A DNA stretch of 64,000 nt from Azolla caroliniana. Its lineage: Eukaryota; Plantae; Polypodiophyta. Numbering within the stretch: the first letter of the stretch is position 1; each line of letters begins with the position of its first letter. Both the position numbers and the translations under genes were made by a program. Shown here piece after piece: positions 22,916-35,140 of this stretch. The notes beneath the pieces are model-generated. The model saw nothing but the letters and a program-made list of their open reading frames with translations, ran no database searches and was not told the DNA's origin. The DNA is taken from positions 19,592,001 to 19,656,000 of the forward strand of contig JBHGNT010000004.1 in NCBI GenBank assembly GCA_043228905.1, given 5' to 3'.

Positions 22916-23329
22916 AGATATATTTTATTTTTTTTGGGGGGGGAGAATCTTACAAAAGGGAGAAGGAAAAATCTATCACTCGTAAAAACCCTAACCCTAA
23001 TTTTTCTTATCTAAGCCATATCTCAAAAAACCCTAACCCAAATTTTTCTTATCTCAGCCATATCTCAAAAACCATAACCTGAATTTCTGAAAAAACCCAA
23101 AAATCCACAAAACCCTAATCCATTAATCTGTTAATATCCATAACCCTAAAACTTCTATAATCCCAATCTTGGGATAGATTGTAATTTTTCTTTTCTTTGC
23201 TAATGAAAATTACCAAACCTTCTCATTTCGGTTAATCATAAAACATAAATGCACGAATCTGGTACATCCTTAGGTCGGAGGCCCCAGGGTCTTGCCTCAA
23301 GTTCACATATCTTTGTCGTATTTTCGCAA

Positions 23330-23795
23330 CATTGGAAACTCTCCACTGCGGAAAGAAACTACTCCACAACTGAGTGTGAGCCTCTTCGGATGATCTATAG
23401 CATCAATAAATTCCGACACTACCTACTAGGACGTAAATTTACATTTCACATCTATCATTCGGCATTGCTATATTTAGTGTCGAAGTAGGAACTCATAGGT
23501 AAACTAGCAAGATGGACATTGCTGCTTCGAGAATTCGAATTCAACATTCTTCACCAGTCAGGGATGTAGCATGCAAATGCTGATTACCTCAGTCGATTGG
23601 AGTTGGGAGGGGAAGGAACAAGAGTTAAAGACGATTTTCCTGACGCTCAACTTTTCTATGTCGACACAATAGCAGCTACATAGATGGCTGACGACACGAC
23701 GGATGCATGGATTACAGAAATGACAATTTTTCTTAGTACAGGACTACCACCCGAAAGTATGTCTGTAGATGAAAGGAAACAATTAACCGTAGGGG
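23330..23795 (+). mobile_element. Ty3/gypsy RNase H fragment
   Basis: AERNYSTTE...KFRHYLLGRKFTF...GKLARWTLLLREFEF...ANADYLSRL, with stops. Confidence 0.8.
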
Positions 23796-25070
23796 ATGAG
23801 CGATTGTGCGGCCCTCAACGGGAACTGGAACACGAATGGGAGTGAGCGACCATGCAGCCCTCAATGGGAACTAGAACACGAGATGCGTGAGTGACCATGT
23901 GTGGTCCTCACTGGCAACGAGAAGAACAACGAGTGAAGGAGTGCAAGTGAAGCGGTCGACTCGAATTCTTTTATGATGAGAGGGTAAATAGTTGAGGATG
24001 ACCCAAAACACAGCACAAACGGTAGAGCTAGCGAGAAACCAACGCGATCCCCACTAGGAAAGTGAGTGGTTGTGACCCCCACCGAAACTAGAAGGTGAGC
24101 GATTGAAATCGATCCTCGTCAAAAGAAAGTGGAGTGAAATGTATACCAAAATGAAAAATGGAGTGCAAGCGAGCAACGATTCGATCCCCACCAGGAAAGT
24201 GAGCGATTGTAACCCCCACCGGAATTGTGAAGGTGAGCAATCGAAATCGATTTTTGCCAAAATCGTGATGTAAAATGATACTTATAGATGATGAAAATGA
24301 CGACGAAGAGGGCTGAACAATGAAAATGAAGAGGTGCTTAAAATGGTGATGTCGAAGACGAGGCAGTGAAGACGATGATGAGGTGGAAGCTTCTCTACAA
24401 GGAACGACTGTGACTATGGTGACAATGGCATCTCTAAAACCAAGGATGTCGATGGCGATAACTCTGGAAGCACAAAAGGTGATGATGGTAACTCTGGAAG
24501 CAAGGGCCATGACGAAGAAGGGCGATGCTTCCAATTGGAAGGGATTCAAGCTATCATGAACACACCCACGCTAGACTATGACAAGGCATAGATGATGAGG
24601 CTACGACCAATAAGGTTACAAAAGTAGAACTCAACGTGATGAGGCTAGAAACTCGGGAATTTGGGAGCGACGAGACAAGGAAATTAAGAAGCTAGGAATG
24701 ACACAAGAGCATAAGACAGAAATATAAATAAAGGAGAGAAGATGGGGCAAAACGAGAATACTAGATTGATGTGTCAATGACTAGCGTTGAATCCCTTGAA
24801 AGGGACCAAGGAGGTTACAAGTATTTATACATGTTTCGAGATTGAATATCTCTAGACTATACTCGAGAATATACTCGTCTAGAATATATTGTACAATATT
24901 TCTAGAATATACTAACGACTAGAATATTCTGATTTTGAAATGTACTATTGGCTAGACTATAGAATACTTTATATACAAATGCATGCTCATATCAAAATGG
25001 TTGAGCATGACATATTGTTTGATGTGAGGTTGTAGGTTCAATCCTCAACAACTATGTATTTGATGTCGTT
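23795..25070 (-). mobile_element. LTR (about 24552-25070) plus self-priming-type PBS and a low-complexity internal region
   Basis: LTR end reads ...TCATGATA (decayed CA); TATAAATA at 24822-24829; PBS at 24539-24549 is complementary to 24787-24797. Internal ~40-bp and ~137-bp duplications. The 5' end of the LTR is unclear. Confidence 0.7.
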
Positions 25071-25089
25071 GTGCTTGCATTGCGTGCCT

Positions 25090-26707
25090 CTCTGCCTCCG
25101 TGTACAATATCTTGTTGTCGGTGTGCGTACTCCTTGATGCATCCACGTGGTTCTCCTCTACAAGGAGCATCGACTATAAGTCGAAAAACGAGGGTGTATT
25201 CTCCCTTGTACAGACCTTCGTAAGGAATGCTCCGAACTTCGACGCCAAGCCCCCGAGACTAACCTACACCATCTCATCCTTCTCGACGGTCACGTTGACA
25301 GATGCAAGGGAGTCATAGATCTCTCGACAGTCACGTTGACGGAGGCAAGGGAGTCACAGATCTCTTTAATCTAGACCGTGTAATCGGCTACCGACATGTC
25401 TTTCTGTCAGAGTTGCAGCTTCTGGGCTATGGTGCTTGCAACGAAGACCTTCTTCAGGTTTCCCCAAACTTCCTTTGGTGTTTTTTCCCAGATAGGGCTT
25501 AGTAGCTGATTGCCGACACTGGACGCAAAGCAATACATCACCCTACTTGCCGCTTGTTCCCGAGCCTGAAAGTCCTTGTGTGTTGTATCAGGTGCTATAT
25601 CATTAGCTCTGTCGACATAACTCCAGTAGCCATGCCCGATGTTACGGGCATGACCATATAATATCCCGTGGTGAGAATTTACCGTAGTATTCTATACACA
25701 TGGATGAGAGTGAGGCTTAAACGAAAGTGTAAAGAAGGGGAGGATTACTTTTAATCCTCGAGATTGAGACAACCCATTAGACCAAGTGTGAACTTGCCTG
25801 GGAGCCTTGGGTTTCGCTATAAATATGAGGCCTAGTTACCTCATTTCATCATCTCTTGACTACGTCGAGACTCTGTTTCGTGGTGGGTCAACTCTTGTAG
25901 AGAGCGCGCCTGCACCAGGTACAACTCGACGCCACGTATGGGACGTTGATCGAGGCTCGAGTCTGTCTCAATTCCTTCGCTCGGGGGTGATCAGGTGGAT
26001 CAACACCCTTCTTTCTCTCTCTTCTTTCTTATTTCATATATCTTATATCCTTATTATATGCTTACATTAGATCATCACTCTAACAGTTGGTATCAGAGCT
26101 TATGTTTCTAACAGTTGGTATTCGAGCAGGTACTGGTGCATCTTGTACAACCAAGATGCATAGTTGGTTCTGTCGAGCTTCTCCGACGGGAGCGAGCTAA
26201 CCATTCCTTTGTCCATTCTTCCCTTCTTGTTCTTTATCGGGTGTTAGGGTTCGTCTATGGAAATCGCTTGTCGGTAGCAGAGGTTCTCAACCCTCGCACT
26301 CTAATACCATGTAAAAGTGAAAGTGTGGAAGCATAGACAAAACTGGCTCCGCCGGATAATAGTAGAACACAGAGATGAAGGTGTAATGGGAAGCTTAAGA
26401 TACGTAGTACGCGGGAGAGACAAAGAGAGCAGAACGTAAACTCAATTTCAAAATACTCAAAAGACTCTGTACATACAATTGTGCCTTACAACACTATTTA
26501 TACAAGACCTTAAAGGACTGACTAAAGTACTGACATGTATTTCAATGCTCATATAGAGCATCAGACACAAACTCCCAAAAATATGCCTACGTACTAAGCT
26601 AGGGTCATAGGCCTCTAACGGCCTACAAGTTACAATCCGATTCGGATTATGATCCAGCTCTGGCTTATTCAATCGATCCGGATTTGGTTGAGCTTGTCCA
26701 CTCAACA
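25090..26707 (-). mobile_element. 5' fragment of a second copia family: LTR 26310-26707, PBS, decayed gag
   Basis: LTR TGTTGAG...TTACA followed directly by TGGTATTAGAG. Gag EKLDRTNYASWLYKMHQYLL|GHGYWSYVD. Homologous to about 30990-32114. Confidence 0.85.
25640..26120 (+). mobile_element. Single LTR (25640-26085) plus Met PBS inserted into the copia gag
   Basis: TGTTA...TAACA, then GT and TGGTATCAGAGC (26088-26099). Flanks CCCGA / TTCGA look like a decayed TSD, and the host frame resumes after 26120. Confidence 0.7.
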
Positions 26708-26856
26708 CATTCCTTCTAATACCCCGTACATAAAAACAAACAACAACGTGACATCAAATCCATTGAGTAGCAACCACACTGATGCTGAATAAATTTGTAA
26801 TGCCAAATTCATTTCAGAGTGATGATTAATAGCGTAACCAATACTTGTGTCCTAAT

Positions 26857-27873
26857 TGACGGGAACTCCACGCTCCGTATGCACAACACTCGGCCACAAC
26901 CGAGCTTAGAATCATACACAGAAAACAAGAAGTGAAACGCACGAAACAAAGAGGAGAAGAGTACACATGATGTCTACGTGGAAAACCCAAACTAAGGGAA
27001 AAACCACGGCAGCCCACAGGCTGCAAACTATAACTATGTTAGTTTGTACAATAGTGAGTTCACGGAGGCAACGACCTCGTGCTCACGATCCTCGCCACAG
27101 GCGGCGGTTACAATCAGAGGCAACGACCTCTTCCTCTCTCTCTTACTCTCTGTACACAGTTACGCACTCTGATCTCGCGTAGACAAGCATAACAACAACA
27201 GACAACTAAAATTTTGCCCTAAGTCATATTTATACTAATATGACTTTTCGGCTATTTACAAATATAGCCTCGATGGACTCTCAGAAACATATTTACGAAT
27301 ATGTCTCTTCATCTGGTGAGCATTCCTCACCTGGTCTGCACCATCCGGCTCTCCGTAGTCGGGTACTCCTCATCTCGTTCTCACCGGGTCTGCACCATCC
27401 GGCTATCCGTAGCCGGGTACTCCTCATCCGGTTCTCATCGGGTCTGCACCATCCGGCTCTGCGTGGCCGGGTACTCCTCATCCGGTTCTCACCAGGTCTG
27501 CACCATCCGGCTCTCCGTAGCCGGGTACTCCTCATCCGGTTCTCACCGGGTCTGCACCATCCGCCTCTCCGTAGCCGGGTACTCCTCATCCGGTCTTCAC
27601 TGGGTCTGCACCATCCGGTTTCGGCATTGTTCTTCTCCCTTCCCATCCGGAGGGACCTGTCTCCCAACAAACTCCCCCTTCACTCCGGCATGGGGTGTCT
27701 TACTAGACCAATCCTTTTCCAGCATGCATCCAGCTTGTCGGGTATCAGAACTTTGGTCAGCATATCTAACCCGTTCTCGGTCGTGTGGATCTTCATCAGT
27801 GCGAACTCCTGGTCATCTACTCTTTCCCGGATCCAGTGATATCTTCGCTGGATATGCTTCGTCCGGGAATGGT
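26857..27873 (-). mobile_element. 3' end of a Tork-like copia: RNase H tail, PPT and 3' LTR (26857-27669) with five 54-bp U3 repeats
   Basis: HSRTKHIQRRYHWIRE...DMLTK...RHPMPE*; PPT GAAGGGGGAG; LTR homologous to 39220-39886. Confidence 0.9.
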
Positions 27874-30800
27874 CTAGGAAAACATACATGGTAGTCATCT
27901 TCGCGACAAGAGTGAAGGTCTCGTCGTAGTCCACGCCGTGCTTCTACGCGTAGCCTTTCGCTACTAACCGGGCCTCGTATCGGTTGACCGAGGTCCCAGG
28001 TTTCATTCTTCGCCAATGCGCGCATCTCTTCCTCCATTGCGGCACGCCAATTTGCGTCCTTCGCCGCTTCTGCATAGCTCTACAGTTCACGCACATCCGC
28101 TATACGCGTCATGTACGCATAGTGATGCGCCATGTACTCGTTGTATCCGAACCGCACAACAGGGTTCTTCTGGCGGGTGGATCGGCGTAATTGCTCATTA
28201 GCGGATGTTCAGGCTTTCTTGGCCGACGTTGTCGTAGTGTAATTCGCACACTACGTGAAAAATTACATTTTCTGTTTCTCCGGAAAGGATATGGAGTACC
28301 TAGTGAGAACCGGAAGGAAGAACCGGTGAGGACCGAAACCGATAAGGAGACCCGGCAAGAGCCGGATGAAGAAGGCCGGTGAGAGTCAGTGAGAAACGGA
28401 TGAAAAGAACCGGATAAAGAAAACCGGCGAGAACCGGATGAAGCAGAACCGACAAGAGCCGGATGAAGAAGGCCGGTGAGAGTCTCTCACCAGATGAAGA
28501 GACATATTTGTAAATAGAAGAAAGTATAAATTTATATATTACATGCATAGGGCAAGATTCGAACCTTGCACCTCCATGTTAATAATGTTAAGCCTTATCA
28601 TTATACTAGCGTATTATGAATTTTAAAGTCATGTAAATATTCTAGACATGCATGGTACAAAAAGTTATTCATGCATAGACACTTGAGTTAAAAGAAAAGA
28701 TGAGATAGAAAGCTAATCATGCACATGCAGTGTGCATGAAAACTAAAGATAGGAAAAGCATGATGCTTGCATGTGATCAACTTAGACTCTTCCAACACTA
28801 TATAAGGAAGAGAGAAAGATGTATAGAGGTTGTTGATTATTTTACAAGGGTTGATTAATATAATATAATCGTTGGATCCATGAATTTGCGAACTATTTTT
28901 CTCTCTTAATTTGAGTACTCACTAATACACTATACTCGTGGAATTCATGATTTTTTCATATCTTTCTTTCTTCCTAGTCCAAAACCCCAGCGGTTGCCAC
29001 CCGACTCACGCAACGATCCGAAGCCGAAAGGCACGACAACGCGGACTTCGCTCTTGAAGGCCCGTCATCACTCTTCTCGGAGTCGGATTCGCATTGATCC
29101 GACTCGCCCTTATTGGTGTCGTACTCCGGCATCTTCTTCCCTTTTTCCTTGTGCGTAAAACGTCTCCTCGGCTTCTTGCGCGGGGAATGCACGGCCGAGT
29201 CTCCACTACTTGCCGGCTCTTCTTCGGACTGGTCACACCAACCCAGTCACTCATTCGGTCCACTTAGCTGAAATGAAATCGGACTCTCATAGAGGGTCTT
29301 GATTTCGCGGTCATCCAGAGGCTTTTCAGCCTCGCTGACCTCATCGTCAGAACTCGGGTCCGGAGATCCGGAGTTGGACTTGAGGTCCGGAGTCGGAGGC
29401 AAGTACCAGGACGCAGACTCGTCAAACACAACATCGCGGCTCACGTGAGCTTGTTTGATTCGGGGGTTATAACACTTATAACCCTTCTATTCATCTGAAT
29501 AGCCGACCAAGATACACTTCTTGGCTTTCGCGTCCAACTTCCTCTGTTTCTCCTTCGACACATGCACATATGCAATGCTACTGAAAACTCTGAAGTGTCG
29601 TAGATTCGGCTTTCTTCCGAAGTGCAGCTCATGCGCCGACCCTTTGTCTCCGATTCAATTTTGGATGTAGACCGCAGTTCGTACCGCTTTGGCCCAATAG
29701 AACTTGGGTAAGCTCTTTTCTTCCAGCATTGCTCGTGCCGCTTCCAGAACCGACCAATTTTTCCTTTCGGCTACGCCGTTTTGCTCCGGCATATACCTGC
29801 AACTAAATTCACGTTGAATTCCCATTTATTACAGATAACTGTTGAATTGGCCGGAAAAGTACTCTTTTCCCCCATCCGACCGCAGGCACATGATCTTTCT
29901 CCCTGTTTCCCTTTCTACAAAGCTTTTGAGGTCCCGGAAACAGTCAAAGACTTCACTCTTCTTTTCAATGAGATAGATCCACGTGTGCCGCGTGTAGTCG
30001 TCGATGATGGAAAAAAAATATCAACTCCCACCAAGACTAACATTCTGTGTCAGCCCCTATACATCTGAATGTATCAAGTCCAGCTTGTTCCGGCTTCGGT
30101 TATGCTCTTTGGGGAAAGGAAGTCAGTGTTGCTTCCCTAGCTGGCAGGCTTCACAAATTTGGGCCTTCCGGCCACTAAATTTGGGCAATCCGAACACAAC
30201 TTGTTTCGACTACAAGTCCTGAAGCCTTTGATAGTTCATGTGGCCTATCCACTTGTGCCACAAGTTGATGACCGACTCAAATTTTTGTCCTTTTGCGAAC
30301 ATTGCGGTGCCAACGTCATTGGTGTCGAGGATAAACATCCTCCCGTCTCTGCGCCCTTGCGCAATAACTTGGCCTTCCTCCTCGATGAAGCACCCGAGAT
30401 GCGTGAACCGGACATGCATCCCCTGGTCCAAATTCTTCATGATTGTCGGGACGTGTAGCACGTTCATGAGTTTCCCTTTTTGCCCAACATGGCTCAAGGG
30501 AACTTCACCAACATTCTTGATCGAATGTGGAGTGTCGTCTCCTATTGCGACTATTCCTGGTTGCATCGGTTTCTCAAGGTATGAGAACCACTCCTTATGG
30601 CTCGTCATGTGGTTTGACATGCCGGAGTCAACGTACCACGAAGACTTCGTTTCTTGTCTCGTCACGAAGGCTACCCCCTTTCCGACTTTTTTAGATCCTT
30701 CGGCATAGTGCGATCGCTGCCGATTTCTTTTGTCGGTTTGTCCATATCCAGATCCGGTTTTCTCCGAATCGGCGCGCTTCTTCCAGCACTCGTTGTCCTT

Positions 30801-32114
30801 GTGGCCTTTCTTGCCACAGTACCAGCATTCCACGATAGATTTCCCTTGACGGTTCTCATCACCTTGATTCTCCCTGTTTCCAGAGGGTCCAGAATTGTTG
30901 TTGGCATCACTTTGGCGCCTTCTTCCTTGATCCCGTCGGCCGCCTCCATTGCGCACCAACTCGCCTCGTCCACCACGACCACGGGGCCTATCTCCCTCCG
31001 TGTACAACATCTTGCTATCGGCGTGCGTACTCATCAATGCACCCGCGTGGTTCTCCTCTATAAGGAGCATCGACTGTAGGTCGAAAAACGACAGCGTATT
31101 CTCCTGTGTGCACACAACAATTCAGAACGCTCCGAACTTCGACGCCAGTCCCCTGAGACAGATCTGCACCATCTCGCATTCCTCAACATTCACATCGATG
31201 GAGGCTAAGGAGTCGCATATATCTTTGATCTTCGAGGTGTAATCAGCCACTAACAAATCACGCTGTCGGAGTTGGAGCTTTCTGGTTGTGGTGCTTGCGG
31301 CGAAAATCTTTTTCAGATTTCCCCAAGCATCCTTTGGCATTTTCGCATCTCGAATATAGCTCAAAAGTTGTTCGCTCAGTAGAGAACTTTGCTCGCCGAC
31401 TATTCCCAAGCCGAGAAGTCTTTGTGTGTCGAATTGAGTGTTGTGTCATTTGCTCTGTCGACATAGCTCCAATATCCATGCTCGAGTAGGGACTGGTGCA
31501 TCTTGTACGACCAAGACGTGTAATTGTTTCTGTCGAGCTTCTCGGTCAAAAGCTAGCTAACCATGCCTCTATCCATTCTGTTTTCCTATTCTTTACGAAG
31601 GTTAGGTTTTCATCTTGAGCTAAGGTTGGTTGCAGAGGTTCTCAACCCTCGTGCTCTGATACCATGTGAAAAGAACAACATGCGGAAGCAACAGAAAGCA
31701 GAATGTAAGAAAACACAGGTTTAATGGAGAGCTTGGACAAACACAGAGTACGCGGGAGAGACAAAGAGAGAGAGAGAACACACAACTCTATTCAAAAAAT
31801 AATACTCAGTCTGTACATAGAATGTGGTCAGTGAGCACTTGTATACAAGTCCATATGGACTGATAGAAGTACTAACACGTACTTCAATGCTCATAACTGA
31901 GCTCTACAGTAACTCCTAAAATATATTCCTACGCGGAATATCTTTCCAACAGCCTCACGGTTTACGCACCGCTACGGCTTCTTGTTGCGCACCGATTTGC
32001 TCACTGGTTTACGCACCCGGTTTACGCACCAGTCCGGCCTAACTGATCGGTCCCAACCGATCCGGTTCTCGGCTTGCATAGCCGATGGGCCATTGTTGAG
32101 CTTGTATCTCAACA
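27874..32114 (-). mobile_element. Decayed copia of the second family: 5' LTR 31665-32114, PBS, gag, protease, integrase, start of RT
   Basis: PBS at 31653-31664 abuts the LTR. Motifs CWYCGKKGHKDNEC, WYVDSGMSNHMT, SRDVVFDES, MEEEMRALAKNETWDL, DYDETFTLVAKM. Confidence 0.9.
28230..29038 (+). mobile_element. Solo LTR-like insertion (same family as 6200-6968)
   Basis: TGTCGTAGTG...GGCACGACA; flanks ACGT / ACGC (4-bp TSD with one mismatch). Confidence 0.85.
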
Positions 32115-32119
32115 AAGTG

Positions 32120-33395
32120 GATAGCGGTTGCACACTGTGAGTTTCTTGAGACCCCAATAGTCTACACATAAGCGTAGAGAGTCGTCCTACTTCTTCACAA
32201 ATAATATAGGGGCCCCGACTGGCGACTTAGAAGGTTGAATAAATCCTTTTGCGAGGTTCTCATCCAGATACACTCAAAGGGCCTTTAGCTCTGGTGCAGA
32301 CAATGCATATAGAGGACCAAAGGGTGGACACGCGCCATCTTGACTATCGATGGGACAGTCGTAGAGCCGGTGTTCGGGCAAACGATCTGCATTATGTTTC
32401 TCAAATACATCGGAGAAGTCTTTATACTTGTCGAGAATAGGACAGAATGTGTTAGAAGTAGCTCCACAAACAGCGAGCAGTTTCACATCGTCCACAAACG
32501 GTGAGCAGGAGTGGCCGAGTCGGAATCGACCGTCTCCGGAGGATGTGAAACTGAATTGACCTTCATAGTTGTGTGCGAGCATCCTAGCTCGCTAAATGTG
32601 ATCGAGCGATTGCACCAATCCACTATTCAATTGTGCGCCTCCAACCACGATAGTCCTAAGACGATCGGATGCCGAGGGGATGCAATGAGGTAAAAGGGGA
32701 GCTCTTCCTGGTGGGAGCCCACATGAAGCCCTAATGGGATTGTAGTCTCGATAATTGCTCCTGACGAGAGGACACACACGTCAATGGCTTCAACAGGAAT
32801 GGGTTTTGAGAGGCACACGACGGGTATCCCATGTGCTCGGGCGAATGCCACATCGATGAAGCAAGAAGTCGCTCCAGAATCCAGTAAAGCGACAAACTCA
32901 ATGGAACTGGAATTAAAAGAAAGGCATACCTCCAATGTGAAATTGTCTGATCTTCTAGCAATGGAACCACGAAAATGTGGATGACTAGAGACGTCCAGCT
33001 GCATGGCACCTACTCCAATTGGATGATGTCCTTTTCCGGATGTTGGGGTCCATTGGCTCGATGGAATGGTGGGCGATTACTCCTTGGACAATGGCGAAGG
33101 AGATGACCTGAGGCACCACAATATAGGCACAATCCATTAACCTGCCAAAATTCTCGTTCGGCATCAGTCAATGGCCGAAAGCGAGCTTGAGATCAATTTC
33201 CGTTGGGAGTGGAGCATCTGCCAAAGTAGGGGAGCGTGACACCACTGACAGGAGTGATACCTGGGGTTGTACGACCGGGGCGTGTCGTGGAAGTGAATGA
33301 GTCGAACCCCAAGTTTGACGCTCTTCCTAGCGAAATTTAAAAAGACGATTGTCACAATGGACTGCTTGTGAAATCACTTGGGATAACGAGGTGGG
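32120..33395 (-). mobile_element. Decayed Tf1/Tcn1-like gypsy fragment (gag end, protease, RT start)
   Basis: CLYCGASGHLLRHC near 33090-33135; ALLDSGATSCFID; LPEHRLYDCPID...PFGPLYALSAPELKAL. Confidence 0.85.
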
Positions 33396-33649
33396 CTCTG
33401 TATGTATGTATGTATGTATCTTGGCTACATTTTAAACCATGTGTGTGCGTGCGTGTCTATCTTCTTGTTCTTGAACACACTAATTTAGGCTCGTTTCGTA
33501 ATTAACGTAAACCTTTGGTTGATCTGTGTGTGTGTGTGTGTAGGAGATATATGTATTGGGGGGATAGGGTGGGGGTTAAAGTATGAATGACATTGGCATG
33601 GAGCCCTATGCCTATGCCTATCACATGGAACCCTATCCCTACACCATTA

Positions 33650-33890
33650 TGTAATGTATCTACCTTTCTATGTAATGTTCCAAGGGTCTATTATATATGT
33701 ATAGGGTATTTATTCTTATAGAAGGAGTATGTATCTATCTTTCTACGTAATTTTCCAAGGATGTATTATATATATAGAAGCAATGTGTATCTATCTTTCT
33801 ATGTAATGTTCCAAGGGTATATTATAAATAGGGTATTCTTGTAGAAGCAGTATGTATCTATCTTTCTATGTAATGTTCCAAGGGTGTCAT
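33650..33890. repeat. Degenerate tandem repeat, 4 copies of about 56-75 bp
   Basis: Core TGTATCTA(C/T)CTTTCTATGTAATGTTCCAAGG near 33656, 33731, 33787 and 33853. Confidence 0.75.
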
Positions 33891-34213
33891 TAACTCTATC
33901 TCGCAAATTCTATTTCTTATTGTGAATAGGCTCCTTCAAACAAACATTCAGACATGGGACACACAAAATTATCTATCCTAATTTATGATGAACAATATTC
34001 AAATGGGATTGTATTAAACTGAAAATGGCATAATCTGGCGAGAATTATAGCAATGGCCATTGTCTATGTCTTAATGACCCAAACTTGTGTGCATCACATT
34101 ATGTACTACAACATGCAGAATTGTTAACATTGACCTCAACAAAGCTTGAGACTTGATATCTATTGGCATCTCCAATAACATGATCAGATGATAGATGTAA
34201 TGAAGTCACGAGA

Positions 34214-34215
<2 letters not shown>

Positions 34216-34272
<57 letters not shown>
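34216..34272. repeat. (TA)n microsatellite
   Basis: Pure TA run. Confidence 0.95.
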
Positions 34273-34274
<2 letters not shown>

Positions 34275-35109
34275 TTTCATGAGAAGAACATATTTTGTCT
34301 CTTGGGCCCATACACCATTCCTTTATCTTTTTGTGTTGTCTTTATCATGTTCTTTGGTGCCATCTTTAATACTCGAATTAATTGACAACGATTTCCATGT
34401 TTGAAGAAATACTTGTGCATTATCGCATCACTTAAATCCTAGTTTATTTTCTAAGATGTCAACTGTCGGGTTGGTATTTATCATAATATTTTCAAATCAT
34501 AGAGGATTAAATTATATAACTAAACTTAAAGGCAATAATTATTAAGTGTTAGTTAAAGCAAAATGTGACGGCATCATCTAAGGAATTTGTAACATAATTT
34601 AAAAATTAAGGTTGTTGGTTCCACACCCAAGCAATGGGTTATTTATTTATAAATATTGTGTCCCCATTTCACTTACGTCATCCTGTGTGTGTGTGTTTTT
34701 TGCCCATGTGCCTCTATATGTATGTATGTAATCATATGAACATATGTAAATTCAACATTTGTCTCTCTCTATAATTGGATGGAGATTTGTGTGGAACGTT
34801 CGCATTCATTAGCTCATTTGTGTTTGAGAAGGCCTAATATGTAAAATATACATACTGAATTATGTGGTGTGAACGAAGAGCCATGAATTGGGAAATGTAT
34901 ATGTACACATATTTAATAAGCTGTTTTGCTTGCACATTGGACGGATTGAAGAAATAATAATTATTATTAATCCAGGAGCAATGTCATAAATTCAACCTTC
35001 ATTGGTGTAAAGATGAGGGATTGATTGTTTTTTATTTAAATTAATTAGAATGAAGGCACCACCTCAGCCCCACACGCCCCCCACGCCTTCCAATAAATAT
35101 GTAACTATG

Positions 35110-35140
<31 letters not shown>

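Noticed and set aside
27240-27894. Repetitive ORFs (FSPGLHHPALRSRVLLIR)n, also at 120-716 and 39660-39986
   Set aside because: Translations of the 54-bp LTR repeat.
26310-32114. LTRs 26310-26707 and 31665-32114 as the two ends of one element
   Set aside because: Both are followed by a PBS and gag and they are clearly diverged, so each is the 5' LTR of a separate copy.
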